Positions 9,168 to 17,458 of a stretch of 27,655 nucleotides of DNA are shown one piece after another. Both the position numbers and the translations under genes were made by a program. Position 1 is the stretch's first letter. Every line of letters begins with the position of its first letter. The notes under the pieces were generated by a model, which searched no databases, was not told the origin of the DNA, and was given only the letters and a program-made list of their open reading frames with translations. Source of the stretch: Pedosphaera sp. (GTDB lineage Bacteria; Verrucomicrobiota; Verrucomicrobiia; Limisphaerales; SIBH01); assembly GCA_031414955.1 (NCBI GenBank), contig JANOQV010000099.1:1-27655 (forward strand), read 5' to 3'.

Positions 9168-10232
9168 ATGAACACAACACCTATGAAGGCAATTCAGACC
9201 CTTTCGCTTTGGCTCTTCGCCGCCTGTCCCGTCCTCGCCGCCGATCGAACGCTCGACATTTACTGGATCGATTCCGAAGGCGGCGGCTCCACCCTCATCG
9301 TTACTCCGGCGGGCGAGTCGGTGCTGATTGACTCCGGCAATCCTGGCGGTCGCGACGCCGAACGCATCCACCAGACGGCCACGGCCACGGCCGGCCTCCA
9401 ACGCATCGACCATTACATCACCACGCATTTTCATCGGGACCACTTCGGTGGCGCGGCGGAATTAGCGACCAAGCTGCCTCTCGGCACGGTCTGGGACAAC
9501 GGAATCCCCGGGCACGATCCAGACGGCGGCCTCAACACCAACCGCTGGCTGGAGAGCATCCAACCCTATCGCCAGATGAAAGCCGAAGCACGCCGGCAAA
9601 TGATCCCGGGCACCGTGTTGCCCCTCAAGCAAGGCCCAGACACGGCGAAACTGTCCATGCAATGCTTTGCCAGCCGGCAGAAGGTGGCGCACCCGCCGGG
9701 CAAACGACGGGCCTCCAACCCGGATTGCGAAGCCGCACCGGCCAAATCCGCCGACACCTCGGACAATCGAAACAGCATCGCGATGCTGCTGACGTTCGGT
9801 GATTTCCGGTTCTTCGACGGTGGCGATCTGACGTGGAACACGGAGAAGGAACTGGTCTGCCCCGTCAACTGGGTGGGCCGCGTGGACGTCTACCAGGTCA
9901 ACCATCACGGTCTCGACGTGAGCAACAACCCTCTCCTCATTCAGTCGCTCGCCCCCATCGTGAGCGTCATGAACAACGGCGCGACCAAGGGCACGGAGAA
10001 ACAAACCATCGCCACGCTGCGCGCCACGCCCTCCCTCCAGGCCCAGTATCAGTTGCACAAAAACCTCCGCGCGGATGGGACCAACAACACGTCCGACGAG
10101 TTGATCGCCAACCTCACCCGTGACTGCGCCGGCGACTACATCAAGCTCTCCGTGCGGCCCGACTCGAAGTCTTACGTCATCAGCATCCCGGCGCGCGGAC
10201 ATGAGCGCACCTTCCAGACCCGGCAACCCTGA
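9168..10232 (+). CDS. Secreted MBL-fold metallo-hydrolase (ComEC/Rec2-like)
   Basis: Signal peptide, '[28 protein letters not shown]', [14 protein letters not shown] and VNHHG. The start may be 9183. Confidence 0.88.
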   Translation: MNTTPMKAIQTLSLWLFAACPVLAADRTLDIYWIDSEGGGSTLIVTPAGESVLIDSGNPGGRDAERIHQTATATAGLQRIDHYITTHFHRDHFGGAAELATKLPLGTVWDNGIPGHDPDGGLNTNRWLESIQPYRQMKAEARRQMIPGTVLPLKQGPDTAKLSMQCFASRQKVAHPPGKRRASNPDCEAAPAKSADTSDNRNSIAMLLTFGDFRFFDGGDLTWNTEKELVCPVNWVGRVDVYQVNHHGLDVSNNPLLIQSLAPIVSVMNNGATKGTEKQTIATLRATPSLQAQYQLHKNLRADGTNNTSDELIANLTRDCAGDYIKLSVRPDSKSYVISIPARGHERTFQTRQP

Positions 10233-10240
10233 TCGCATCC

Positions 10241-10359
10241 ATGAACGTCCATCACCTCGAACTGTTCTATTACGTGGCGCGCTCTGGACCGGCAAACCCA
10301 CGCTGCTGACCACCGCTTTCGTCGAAGCCGCGCAACGCCGCGTGCAGCAGATCAAGTAG
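10241..10359 (+). pseudogene. LysR-type regulator remnant with large internal deletion
   Basis: ATG 10241 gives MNVHHLELFYYVAR (LysR HTH start), joined out of frame at GGCGCGC (10276-10282) to GALWTGKPTLLTTAFVEAAQRRVQQIK* (LysR-like C-terminal helix). Confidence 0.75.
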
Positions 10360-10604
10360 TGGGGTCACCGGCCACCGTTTGGTAAAATATTTCGCGCAGC
10401 TTATGGACCCGGCGCGGGTGGTCCCGACTGCCTTCGAAGTGCTCCCGCCATTGCCGCCACGCCTCCACCATGCCCTTGAAGGAAAGGCGGCTCACCGGCA
10501 CCTCCTGTCCATCTCCATCCGCCGTCTGATTTTGGTCCGCCGCAGTTAAAATTCATCCCTCGGTTCCGAGGCCAAAAAAGCGGATTCATCCACGCCCGGC
10601 TGAA

Positions 10605-10751
10605 AAACAGGCTGCGTCTGGACAAAATTCAACAACGGCTCCAGCAAAACAGCCTGCGCGAACTCCGAACCAGGCTGCACCGTCCCCAAATTGAACTGCG
10701 GAACCTCGAAACCCAACTGCGCCTGGTCCATTTCAAACAGCGCCCTGCTAC
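10605..10751. repeat. Degenerate 21-bp tandem array (~7 units)
   Basis: Units aaacaggctgcgtctggacaa / aattcaacaacggctccagca / aaacagcctgcgcgaactccg / aaccaggctgcaccgtcccca / aattgaactgcggaacctcga / aacccaactgcgcctggtcca / tttcaaacagcgccctgctac share aa...ctgcg in register. Confidence 0.6.
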
Positions 10752-10825
10752 TGACGGGTCGCAAGCCCACTCCCGCTCAAAATCGTGAATTCAGCCAACC
10801 CGGCAATCGGGCGGGAAAGCGATTG

Positions 10826-10945
10826 TCTCGCGAAGCGGCGAAGGACGCGAAGCCGGTAGTGGGGCATAGCAGTTTGGAGCGCCGGGCATTGCTCCGCTTG
10901 GTCCGCATTCCTGCTTCCTTCGTTCCCGTCGCTCCCTTCGCGCGA
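10826..10945. repeat. Imperfect inverted repeat pair (cgcgaag-type extragenic repeat)
   Basis: tctcgcgaagcggcgaaggacgcgaag (10826-10852) pairs imperfectly with cttcgttcccgtcgctcccttcgcgcga (10918-10945). Confidence 0.55.
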
Positions 10946-10996
10946 CCCAGTTCTTCCTCCGTCGCACGGCGAAATTTATCCGCGTCATTTTTCCCG

Positions 10997-11028
10997 TTGA
11001 CAGGGGGGGGGGTACGCCTTGGTAGAAA
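10997..11028 (+). promoter_or_regulatory. Candidate sigma70 promoter with G10 tract in spacer
   Basis: TTGACA (10997-11002), G10 (11003-11012) and TG-n-TAGAAA (11020-11028), ~45 nt upstream of ATG 11073. The -10 match is imperfect. Confidence 0.4.
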
Positions 11029-11072
11029 CACCATCGCTCGCCAAAAACAATTCTGAGAAAAAGAAAGATATT

Positions 11073-11786
11073 ATGCCTGATCCAATCCCCGCTCCGACCC
11101 CGGAACCCGAAAAGTCCAAGCGCGCCCGCAGCGTCCTCAACCAGGCGCAAATCCAAGCCCTGAGCAAGGCCGAGCAAATCGGCCTCTGCGCGCAGAAGGA
11201 CGACTACGCCGCCAAACTTGCCGAGCGCGAAATTGACGCTGGCTTCGTCAGCACGCTGCTCTCGGATGTCGAGGCCGCGCGCAAGAAAAGCGCCACCGCT
11301 CTCCGCTCCACCACCAGCAAGGAAAGTGCGACCGTCACCGAGGACCACACCGAGCGCGACCTGGTGGTGGCTTTGCAGGAAGTGCAGTCGGCGGCCAAGC
11401 AGAAATACGCGCGGAGCGATGCAGCCCGCCTCCAGGACTACCTCGTGGGCACACGGCTCAACGCCAGCCGCCCCACCCTCGAACAGGCCTCGCTCAACAT
11501 CATCGACAAACTCGGTGAGGATTCCTTGCCCGGGATCACGGCCACCAAGATCACCAACCTCAGCACCCTGCGCCAGGCCTGGATAGCGGCCGACTCCGAT
11601 CAGGGCGGCAACCAGTCCACTGCCACCACGAGCCGCAAGACTTTGGAGGACATGATCCAATCCATCACCGACCGGCGCGTCACCATCCAGTTCGCGGCCG
11701 ACGCCGAGTGGCCCTACAGCAGCGACCTCAACCACGGCATCCGCAAGGAATTTTCCGTACCCTTGAGCATGCCCTTCAATGGGTGA
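11073..11786 (+). CDS. Hypothetical, predicted all-alpha-helical cytoplasmic protein (237 aa)
   Basis: Long ORF with strong C/G third-position bias, amphipathic Ala/Leu/charged helices and no signal peptide; ATG 11073 follows an A-rich leader. Confidence 0.8.
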   Translation: MPDPIPAPTPEPEKSKRARSVLNQAQIQALSKAEQIGLCAQKDDYAAKLAEREIDAGFVSTLLSDVEAARKKSATALRSTTSKESATVTEDHTERDLVVALQEVQSAAKQKYARSDAARLQDYLVGTRLNASRPTLEQASLNIIDKLGEDSLPGITATKITNLSTLRQAWIAADSDQGGNQSTATTSRKTLEDMIQSITDRRVTIQFAADAEWPYSSDLNHGIRKEFSVPLSMPFNG

Positions 11787-11894
11787 AGCCACGGACCACC
11801 CGACCCAACTACCACCAACGAAAGTATAACCAACGAAAGCAGTGGCCATGTAACCAACGACTCCACCAACCACCATCTCCCGCTCCCCACCCGT

Positions 11895-14800
11895 ATGAAA
11901 ACCAACCCTCCATCCGCCCGTCCGGCGATGTCGCCGCCATCCCTCCCGCCCCGCTTCGCAACGCTCCTCGCCCTGGTTCTGCTCGGCGTCGCGCCGTCTT
12001 TTTTCGCCGCGCCGGCCTGGGCCGATTCGCGCTACTCGCCGCCAGTGCGCACGCCCTGGCACCCCGCGACGCGCACGGAGAGCCAGACCCACTGGCAGGC
12101 CGTGACGCTGCGCACCAACACCGCCACGGGCAAGGTCCATGCCCAGACCAACTCTTATACTGAACTCGGCGCGGGCTTGAACGTGCGCCAGGCGGATGGG
12201 CAGTTCGCGCCGGCTGATCCATCATTTCAAATCACGGCCACCGGCGCGGAGGCCACGGGCACGACGCACCAGGTCGTCGTTCCGGCGGACCTTTGGTTGG
12301 GCGAGGGCATCAAGGTCATTCAACCGGGCGGCCAGTCGGTCACATTTCAGCCGCTCGGCCTCGACTATTTTGATCCGGTGGACGGTCGCAGTGTGTTGCT
12401 GGATGCGGTGACGAATGCGGTGGGCTGGCTCACGGCTTCGAATGAAATCATCTACAGCAATTGTTTTACGCGGATCAAAGCCTCGATTCGCCTTCGCAAC
12501 ACGGCCTCGGGTGTGACTCATGATGTGCTGCTGCACGAGCGTCCGCCTGATCCGGCGAGTCTCGGACTTTCGCCCGATTCGCGGCTGGAGATGCTGACTG
12601 AGCAGGTGCAAGGCCCGGCCCCGGCGGCGCAGGCGCGGTTCATCCGGCGTGAAACCGATCCGCAACGGATCGCCAGCATGGTGGCCCCGGATTTCCTCGA
12701 CGCGGATTTGAGCTTCTCCGGGATGAAGATGGCGCGGGGCAAGGCCTTCTCCACCAGCCGGCGAACCAACGCGTTTTCCAGCCTGCCCCAGCCCGTCGGA
12801 AAGTCGGTCGAAGTAATTGATCAGAGGCGCATCATGATTGAGGCCATCGAGCATCGGCAGGCCGCGCCCGGCTTGCGGGAACTGCCGCTGGCCACCAACA
12901 CCTTGAACCAGACCACGGCGGCGCTGGATTTAGGTAGTCCCGCTCGCGCTGCGAGCGGTGTTCCCAATCCTGCGCCCAGCCTCCTGGCCTCGCAGCGCGA
13001 GGCCGGCCACCTGCCGGCCATTCGGTTGCTCCCGCCGCAGGCCGCCGCCGGTACCGCCGACAAAGCGGTGCAGCGCGCCGCCATCCAGCGCGTCAACGGT
13101 AGTCCCGCTCGCGCTTCGATCGGTGTCCCCAACTCGCCTCGCAGCGCGAGGCTCTCCACCCCGGCCGGAGCGCCGGTTGATCAGAGCCTCCTCACGTCGG
13201 CTGCTACGAAGGCCACCTTGGAGGCCGCGCCGCTCTTCGTGCTCGACTACGAACTGGTCAATGCCGGCGGCCTGACCAATTTCACCTTTCGCGGCGACAC
13301 CACTTATTTCATCAGCGGCGCCATCCCGATCTATGGTTCCAACGTGGTGGAAGGCGGGGCGGTGTTGAAGTACGATCTCGACGGCCTCTTCTTCCAAGCC
13401 GGGGCCACGCTCTTCTGCGACACCACTAACTATCTGCCCGCCGTGTTCACCTCGCTGGACGACAACTCGCTCGGCGAAATCATCGCCGGCAGCAGTGGGG
13501 AGCCTTATCGCGTGAACGCGACGGCCCTCGACTTCACCGACGGCCATCCCGAACTGCGCCACTTGCGCTTCAAGCATCTCGACTATGCGGTCTTCACGCA
13601 CGAGAACGCGACGCTCACCGCGCGCCATGTGCAGTTCGTCGATGTCATGGTGGGTCTTGCCACGACCGACAGCACCACTCTCCACGCCTTCAACGCGCTG
13701 GCCGATGGGGCCGACTGGTTTTACGCGGGCGAGATCGTGGCCTTCCGGGGCGAACACCTCACCGTCCATAACGGCACCACCGTGGGCTACGCCGCCAACA
13801 CCAATTCGACCTTGCTGCTGCGCAACAGCGTGCTGGTGGAAATGCAATACGGTCCGAACTACGCCGGCACCGTCACCTACGAGCAAGTGGTCCAGACGGA
13901 TAACGAGACCGCGCAGTTCGCCACCGTGGGCGGAGGCCAACATTATTTGTCCTCCACCAGCACCTACCGCGACCTGGGCACGAACACCATCGACGCCACC
14001 CTGGCCGCCGACCTCGCGCAGATGACTACTTACGCCCCGACGGTGCTGACCGGCACGGTGAGCAACGACCTGGTGCTTTCGCGCCAGTGGATTCGCGACA
14101 GCGCTGCGCCCGATCTGGGGTGGCACTATCCGGCGGTCGATTATCTGGCCCGCGACCTGATCTTGCAGAACTGCACCGTGACTCTGACCAATGGCGTGGT
14201 GCTGGCGGGGGCGGTGAGCAATTCCTCGGCGGCGATTTATCTCAACCCGGGCAAGTTCTTCAGCGTGGGCCTGGCCGCAAGGATGAACCACCTCCTGCGG
14301 GCCAGTCAGGTGCAGGAACACCCCCAACCTCGGGTCAGCCAAATGATCTACGACGGCCTCCAGGACCAGTTTTACCCGGAAATCCGGCTCCGCTTCACCG
14401 CGCTCTCCACGCAGGCCGGGGATTCCATCCTGGTCTTCACGGCCAACAACCTGAGCCTGCTCGAAGTCAGCCACTGCTCGATCCAGAACGGTCTCCTCCT
14501 GCACAACCTTTACGGCGGCGGCTACGGGCAGACCGTGGCCTTCACCAACAACGTGTTCCGCCGCAGCGGCCTGCGTTTCGAGGCCACCTCGCCCGCCACG
14601 GTGTACGCCTATAACAACACCTTCGCTCCGGCCGGATCGCTCTCCCTCACCGGCGGCCGGGAAGAATGGGAACTCAAGGACAACCTCTTCGATCATGTGG
14701 CTCTCACCCAGGACGCCGAGCCAATCACCAGCGATTACAACGCTTACTTCGGCATGACCAACCGCCTGGCCGCCGACACCCACTACGTGACCAACGCCAC

Positions 14801-15149
14801 CTTCACCTACACCAACGGCCCACTCGGCCGCTACTATCACCACAGCACCAGCCTGGTGGACCAGGGCAGCCGCAACTCGACCAACGCGGGACTCTACCAC
14901 TTCACCACCCGGGCCAGCCAACTCAAGGAGACCAACACCGTGGCCGACCTCGGCGCGCACTACGTGGCCACCGACGCCAACGGCACGCCGCTCGATTACG
15001 ACGGCGATGGCGTGCCGGATTACTGGGAGGATGCCAACGGCAATGGATCTCACGACTCGGCAGCGGGCGAGAATGACTGGAGAACTTACACTTCGCCGAA
15101 CGGTCTCTCCATCGGCTCCCCGCTCAGGGTCTATTCACCGCTCAAGTAA
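11895..15149 (+). CDS. Large secreted protein (1084 aa), probable beta-helix/adhesin-like, with C-terminal DxDGDG Ca-binding motif
   Basis: Signal peptide (LLALVLLGVAPSFFAAPAWA|DS), N/T-rich beta-type sequence ('FTNNVF','YNNTF','KDNLF'), a duplicated 'HY/YY...D.G...TT...DLG.HY' module, DYDGDGVPDYWED, ending in LRVYSPLK. Confidence 0.8.
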   Translation: MKTNPPSARPAMSPPSLPPRFATLLALVLLGVAPSFFAAPAWADSRYSPPVRTPWHPATRTESQTHWQAVTLRTNTATGKVHAQTNSYTELGAGLNVRQADGQFAPADPSFQITATGAEATGTTHQVVVPADLWLGEGIKVIQPGGQSVTFQPLGLDYFDPVDGRSVLLDAVTNAVGWLTASNEIIYSNCFTRIKASIRLRNTASGVTHDVLLHERPPDPASLGLSPDSRLEMLTEQVQGPAPAAQARFIRRETDPQRIASMVAPDFLDADLSFSGMKMARGKAFSTSRRTNAFSSLPQPVGKSVEVIDQRRIMIEAIEHRQAAPGLRELPLATNTLNQTTAALDLGSPARAASGVPNPAPSLLASQREAGHLPAIRLLPPQAAAGTADKAVQRAAIQRVNGSPARASIGVPNSPRSARLSTPAGAPVDQSLLTSAATKATLEAAPLFVLDYELVNAGGLTNFTFRGDTTYFISGAIPIYGSNVVEGGAVLKYDLDGLFFQAGATLFCDTTNYLPAVFTSLDDNSLGEIIAGSSGEPYRVNATALDFTDGHPELRHLRFKHLDYAVFTHENATLTARHVQFVDVMVGLATTDSTTLHAFNALADGADWFYAGEIVAFRGEHLTVHNGTTVGYAANTNSTLLLRNSVLVEMQYGPNYAGTVTYEQVVQTDNETAQFATVGGGQHYLSSTSTYRDLGTNTIDATLAADLAQMTTYAPTVLTGTVSNDLVLSRQWIRDSAAPDLGWHYPAVDYLARDLILQNCTVTLTNGVVLAGAVSNSSAAIYLNPGKFFSVGLAARMNHLLRASQVQEHPQPRVSQMIYDGLQDQFYPEIRLRFTALSTQAGDSILVFTANNLSLLEVSHCSIQNGLLLHNLYGGGYGQTVAFTNNVFRRSGLRFEATSPATVYAYNNTFAPAGSLSLTGGREEWELKDNLFDHVALTQDAEPITSDYNAYFGMTNRLAADTHYVTNATFTYTNGPLGRYYHHSTSLVDQGSRNSTNAGLYHFTTRASQLKETNTVADLGAHYVATDANGTPLDYDGDGVPDYWEDANGNGSHDSAAGENDWRTYTSPNGLSIGSPLRVYSPLK
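12933..13207. repeat. Three REP-like palindromic elements inside the coding sequence
   Basis: Two related GTAG-initiated units at 12933-13011 and 13098-13160 with ctcgcgctgcgag/ctcgcagcgcgag arms, plus cagagcctcctcacgtcggctgctac (13182-13207), which ends in CTAC (GTAG on the minus strand). Confidence 0.75.
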
Positions 15150-15168
15150 ATCTTTACCCCACACAGCC

Positions 15169-16167
15169 ATGAAAACGATCATCAAATCCCTTGCCTGTCT
15201 CACGGTCATCGCGTTGAACGGCCCAACGGCCATTGCTGGACCTGAATTCTTCGATATTTACGGCCATGCAACTCCGTCCTGGGCGCAGTGGGCCAGGAAA
15301 CCCATCGATGTGAGGGTTCTCTTGAAAAGCAAAGTGAAGGCAGATAACGGTTCGGCCGTGAGCGTCAAGTTCGACACGACATCCTTCGACAGCACCGGCG
15401 TCTCTTGCAACACCGAAGCTGTTTGGGGTCCAGGGATTGCGTTGCTCCAGCCTTATCGGAGCGTGACGATTTCCGTAACAGGAGCGGCGTTGAACACCAT
15501 CACCCTCGAACTGACGCCCCAGCATCTGATGAGCCTTCAGATTTCACGGGCGGGAGGATCACCTCTGCGCGACAAGGTAAAACTCTTTATCAACAACGTC
15601 GAAACCAACCAGGTCACGGGCAACAACACCAATTGCGGACCCTACTCCACCAATTGGACCGTTGAGTTGCGACCGGACAATGATCGGGACCGGGCGAGCA
15701 GCGTGCGCTCCAAGGTGGGCCGGGATGACGAACGCGACGTGGCGGACAACGCCGCCCCGGGGGATGGAACCTGGCTGGCCATCGGGCCGGGAAGGAGCCA
15801 GATCTCCAACGATATTTCCATGAAGTGGAGTGTGGGTCTCGGGCGTTTGCTCAATGGCAAGTCGGCCGGGCGAATTCACTTTATGGAGCATGGGTTGAAG
15901 GCCAACACCTACACCCCGCTGTCGCTGGTCTTTGCCCAGCCATTCCCGCTGACCAACAGCAGTGATCCCATGACGGCGCAATTGCAGGTGCTGAATAACA
16001 ACCTGATTACGAACCAGGCCGTCATACGCCAAATCAAAGCGCCGCAAGGCATCGCCGATGTGCGCTGGGACACGAATTGCCTCAACGGCTACGAGATTCA
16101 CTTTTATCCGCCGTCCGCCATTGGCAGAAAGGGGTCAGTTCCTAACTTCTACAACTTTTGCGGTTGA
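15169..16167 (+). pseudogene. Truncated N-terminus of a large secreted protein, probably RHS/YD-repeat family
   Basis: Signal peptide at ATG 15169, 19 nt after the upstream stop. 'WSVGLGRLLNGKSAGRI' and 'IRQIKAPQGIADV...YEIHFY' resemble the lead-in of PVC RHS proteins (from recall). The ORF runs into the transposon left end and stops there; no YD core is visible. Confidence 0.55.
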
Positions 16168-17202
16168 AAATCTGAAGTTGAAGCTCAGGCTCCTCACATG
16201 GCACGCAAACTCCGCATTGAATATCCGGGCGCGATCTACCACGTCATGAATCGCGGCGACCGCCGCGAGCCCATCTTCCAGGACGACTTCGACCGCCGCC
16301 GTTTCCTGGAAACCCTCGGTGAAGCCTGCGCCAAGACCGGCTGGCAGGCGCAGGCGTATTGCCTCATGGAAAACCACTTCCACCTCGTGGTCGAGACGCC
16401 GCTGCCCAATCTCGTGGCGGGCATGAAGTGATTCCTCGGCACCTACACCAGCCGGTTCAATCGGCGGCATAAATTGTTCGGCCACCTCTTCAGCGGGCGC
16501 TACAAAGCGCTGGTCGTGGACGGCAGCGGCCAAGGCTACCTGCGCACGGACTGCGACTACGTGCATCTGAATCCGGTGCGAGCCGGGCTGCTGACACCCG
16601 AACAGCCGTTGCGGGCCTATGCGTGGAGCAGCTACGGAGAATACTTGCAGCCGCCGGAGCGGCGGGCGGCGTGGCTGGCGGTGGGGCGGCTCCTGGGCGA
16701 AATGGGCATCCCGCAGGACAGCGCAGCCGGCCGCGCGCAATTTGAGCTGCGGATGGAAGACAGGCGGCGCGAGGAAGGCAATGCGGATTGGAAAGCCGTG
16801 CGGCGCGGCTGGTGCCTGGGCGAGGAGACATTCCGGCAGGAATTGCTGGCGCAGATGAGCGGGCGCGTGGGCGAACACCACTACGGACTCGAACGGGCGG
16901 AGAGCGCGGAAGAAAAAGCCGCGCGGATTGTGCGCGAGGAATTGGCGCGGGCGGGCTGGACGGAGGAAGAACTGCCTCAACGGCCCAAAGGCGATCCCGT
17001 GAAACTGGCGACGGCGGTCCGGCTGCGAGAGGAGACCACGATGACCTTCAAGTGGATCGCCGTGCGGCTGGAAATGGGGGCTTTAGCGCACTTGAATCGG
17101 CGCTTGTACGAGCAGCGCCAAGCAGAGGGGAGGACGCCAAGTTGAAGAAGTTAGGAACTGACCGCTCACGCTAATGGGTGACCCCTTTCCGACCCCTTTC
17201 TG
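16125..17202 (+). mobile_element. RAYT/Y1-transposase element bounded by inverted repeats
   Basis: 16133-16157 and 17139-17163 are a 24/25 inverted match; 16125-16136 and 17191-17202 are a 12/12 inverted match; they enclose one HUH transposase gene. Confidence 0.85.
16198..17145 (+). pseudogene. REP-associated tyrosine transposase (Y1_Tnp, HUH) with in-frame nonsense codon
   Basis: MARKLRIEYPGAIYHVMNRG, YCLMENHFHLVVETP (HUH), GHLFSGRYKA, DYVHLNPVRAG (catalytic Tyr) and a C-terminal HTH-like region; TGA at 16429-16431 in GMK*FLGTY, with both halves in the same frame. Confidence 0.9.
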
Positions 17203-17458
17203 AGCGCGACCCTCCGCAGCCCCGCACCCATTCGTGGCCCGCTGAAGCCGCCGCCATTTTTGCAGCGCGACAAATCCAAACCGCCACTCAGTCTGAACCA
17301 CGTCCATGTCATGAACCACCCTCGCCAGGGCCAGGCCGTGCTTGGTTCTTGCCCTAAACAATCGCTCCCCCAAACTTCCGCCGGTTCATGGCAAAAGAAT
17401 TGAAAACCCGATTGAGTCTATCGTCGCCCTCGCCCGGCCTGATGCAGGCGGCGCGCGG

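Noticed and set aside
10605..10751. CRISPR array
   Set aside because: Units are contiguous, degenerate 21-mers with no repeat-spacer alternation, and there are no cas genes.
11811..11875. accaacgaaag short direct repeats
   Set aside because: Only 2-3 irregular copies in an A/C-rich leader; consistent with an ordinary unstructured translation-initiation region.
12930..15053. 707-aa minus-strand ORF (and similar ones at 17840-19702, 19721-21175 and 10791-12140)
   Set aside because: Antisense shadows of well-supported plus-strand genes.
16429..16431. TGA recoded as Trp or Sec
   Set aside because: Many genes here end in TGA and use TGG for Trp, and the context is not a redox Cys site; a nonsense mutation is simpler.
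17300..17345. Possible second transposase N-terminal remnant (HVMNH...)
   Set aside because: The match to the RAYT start is only ~12 nt and could be chance.
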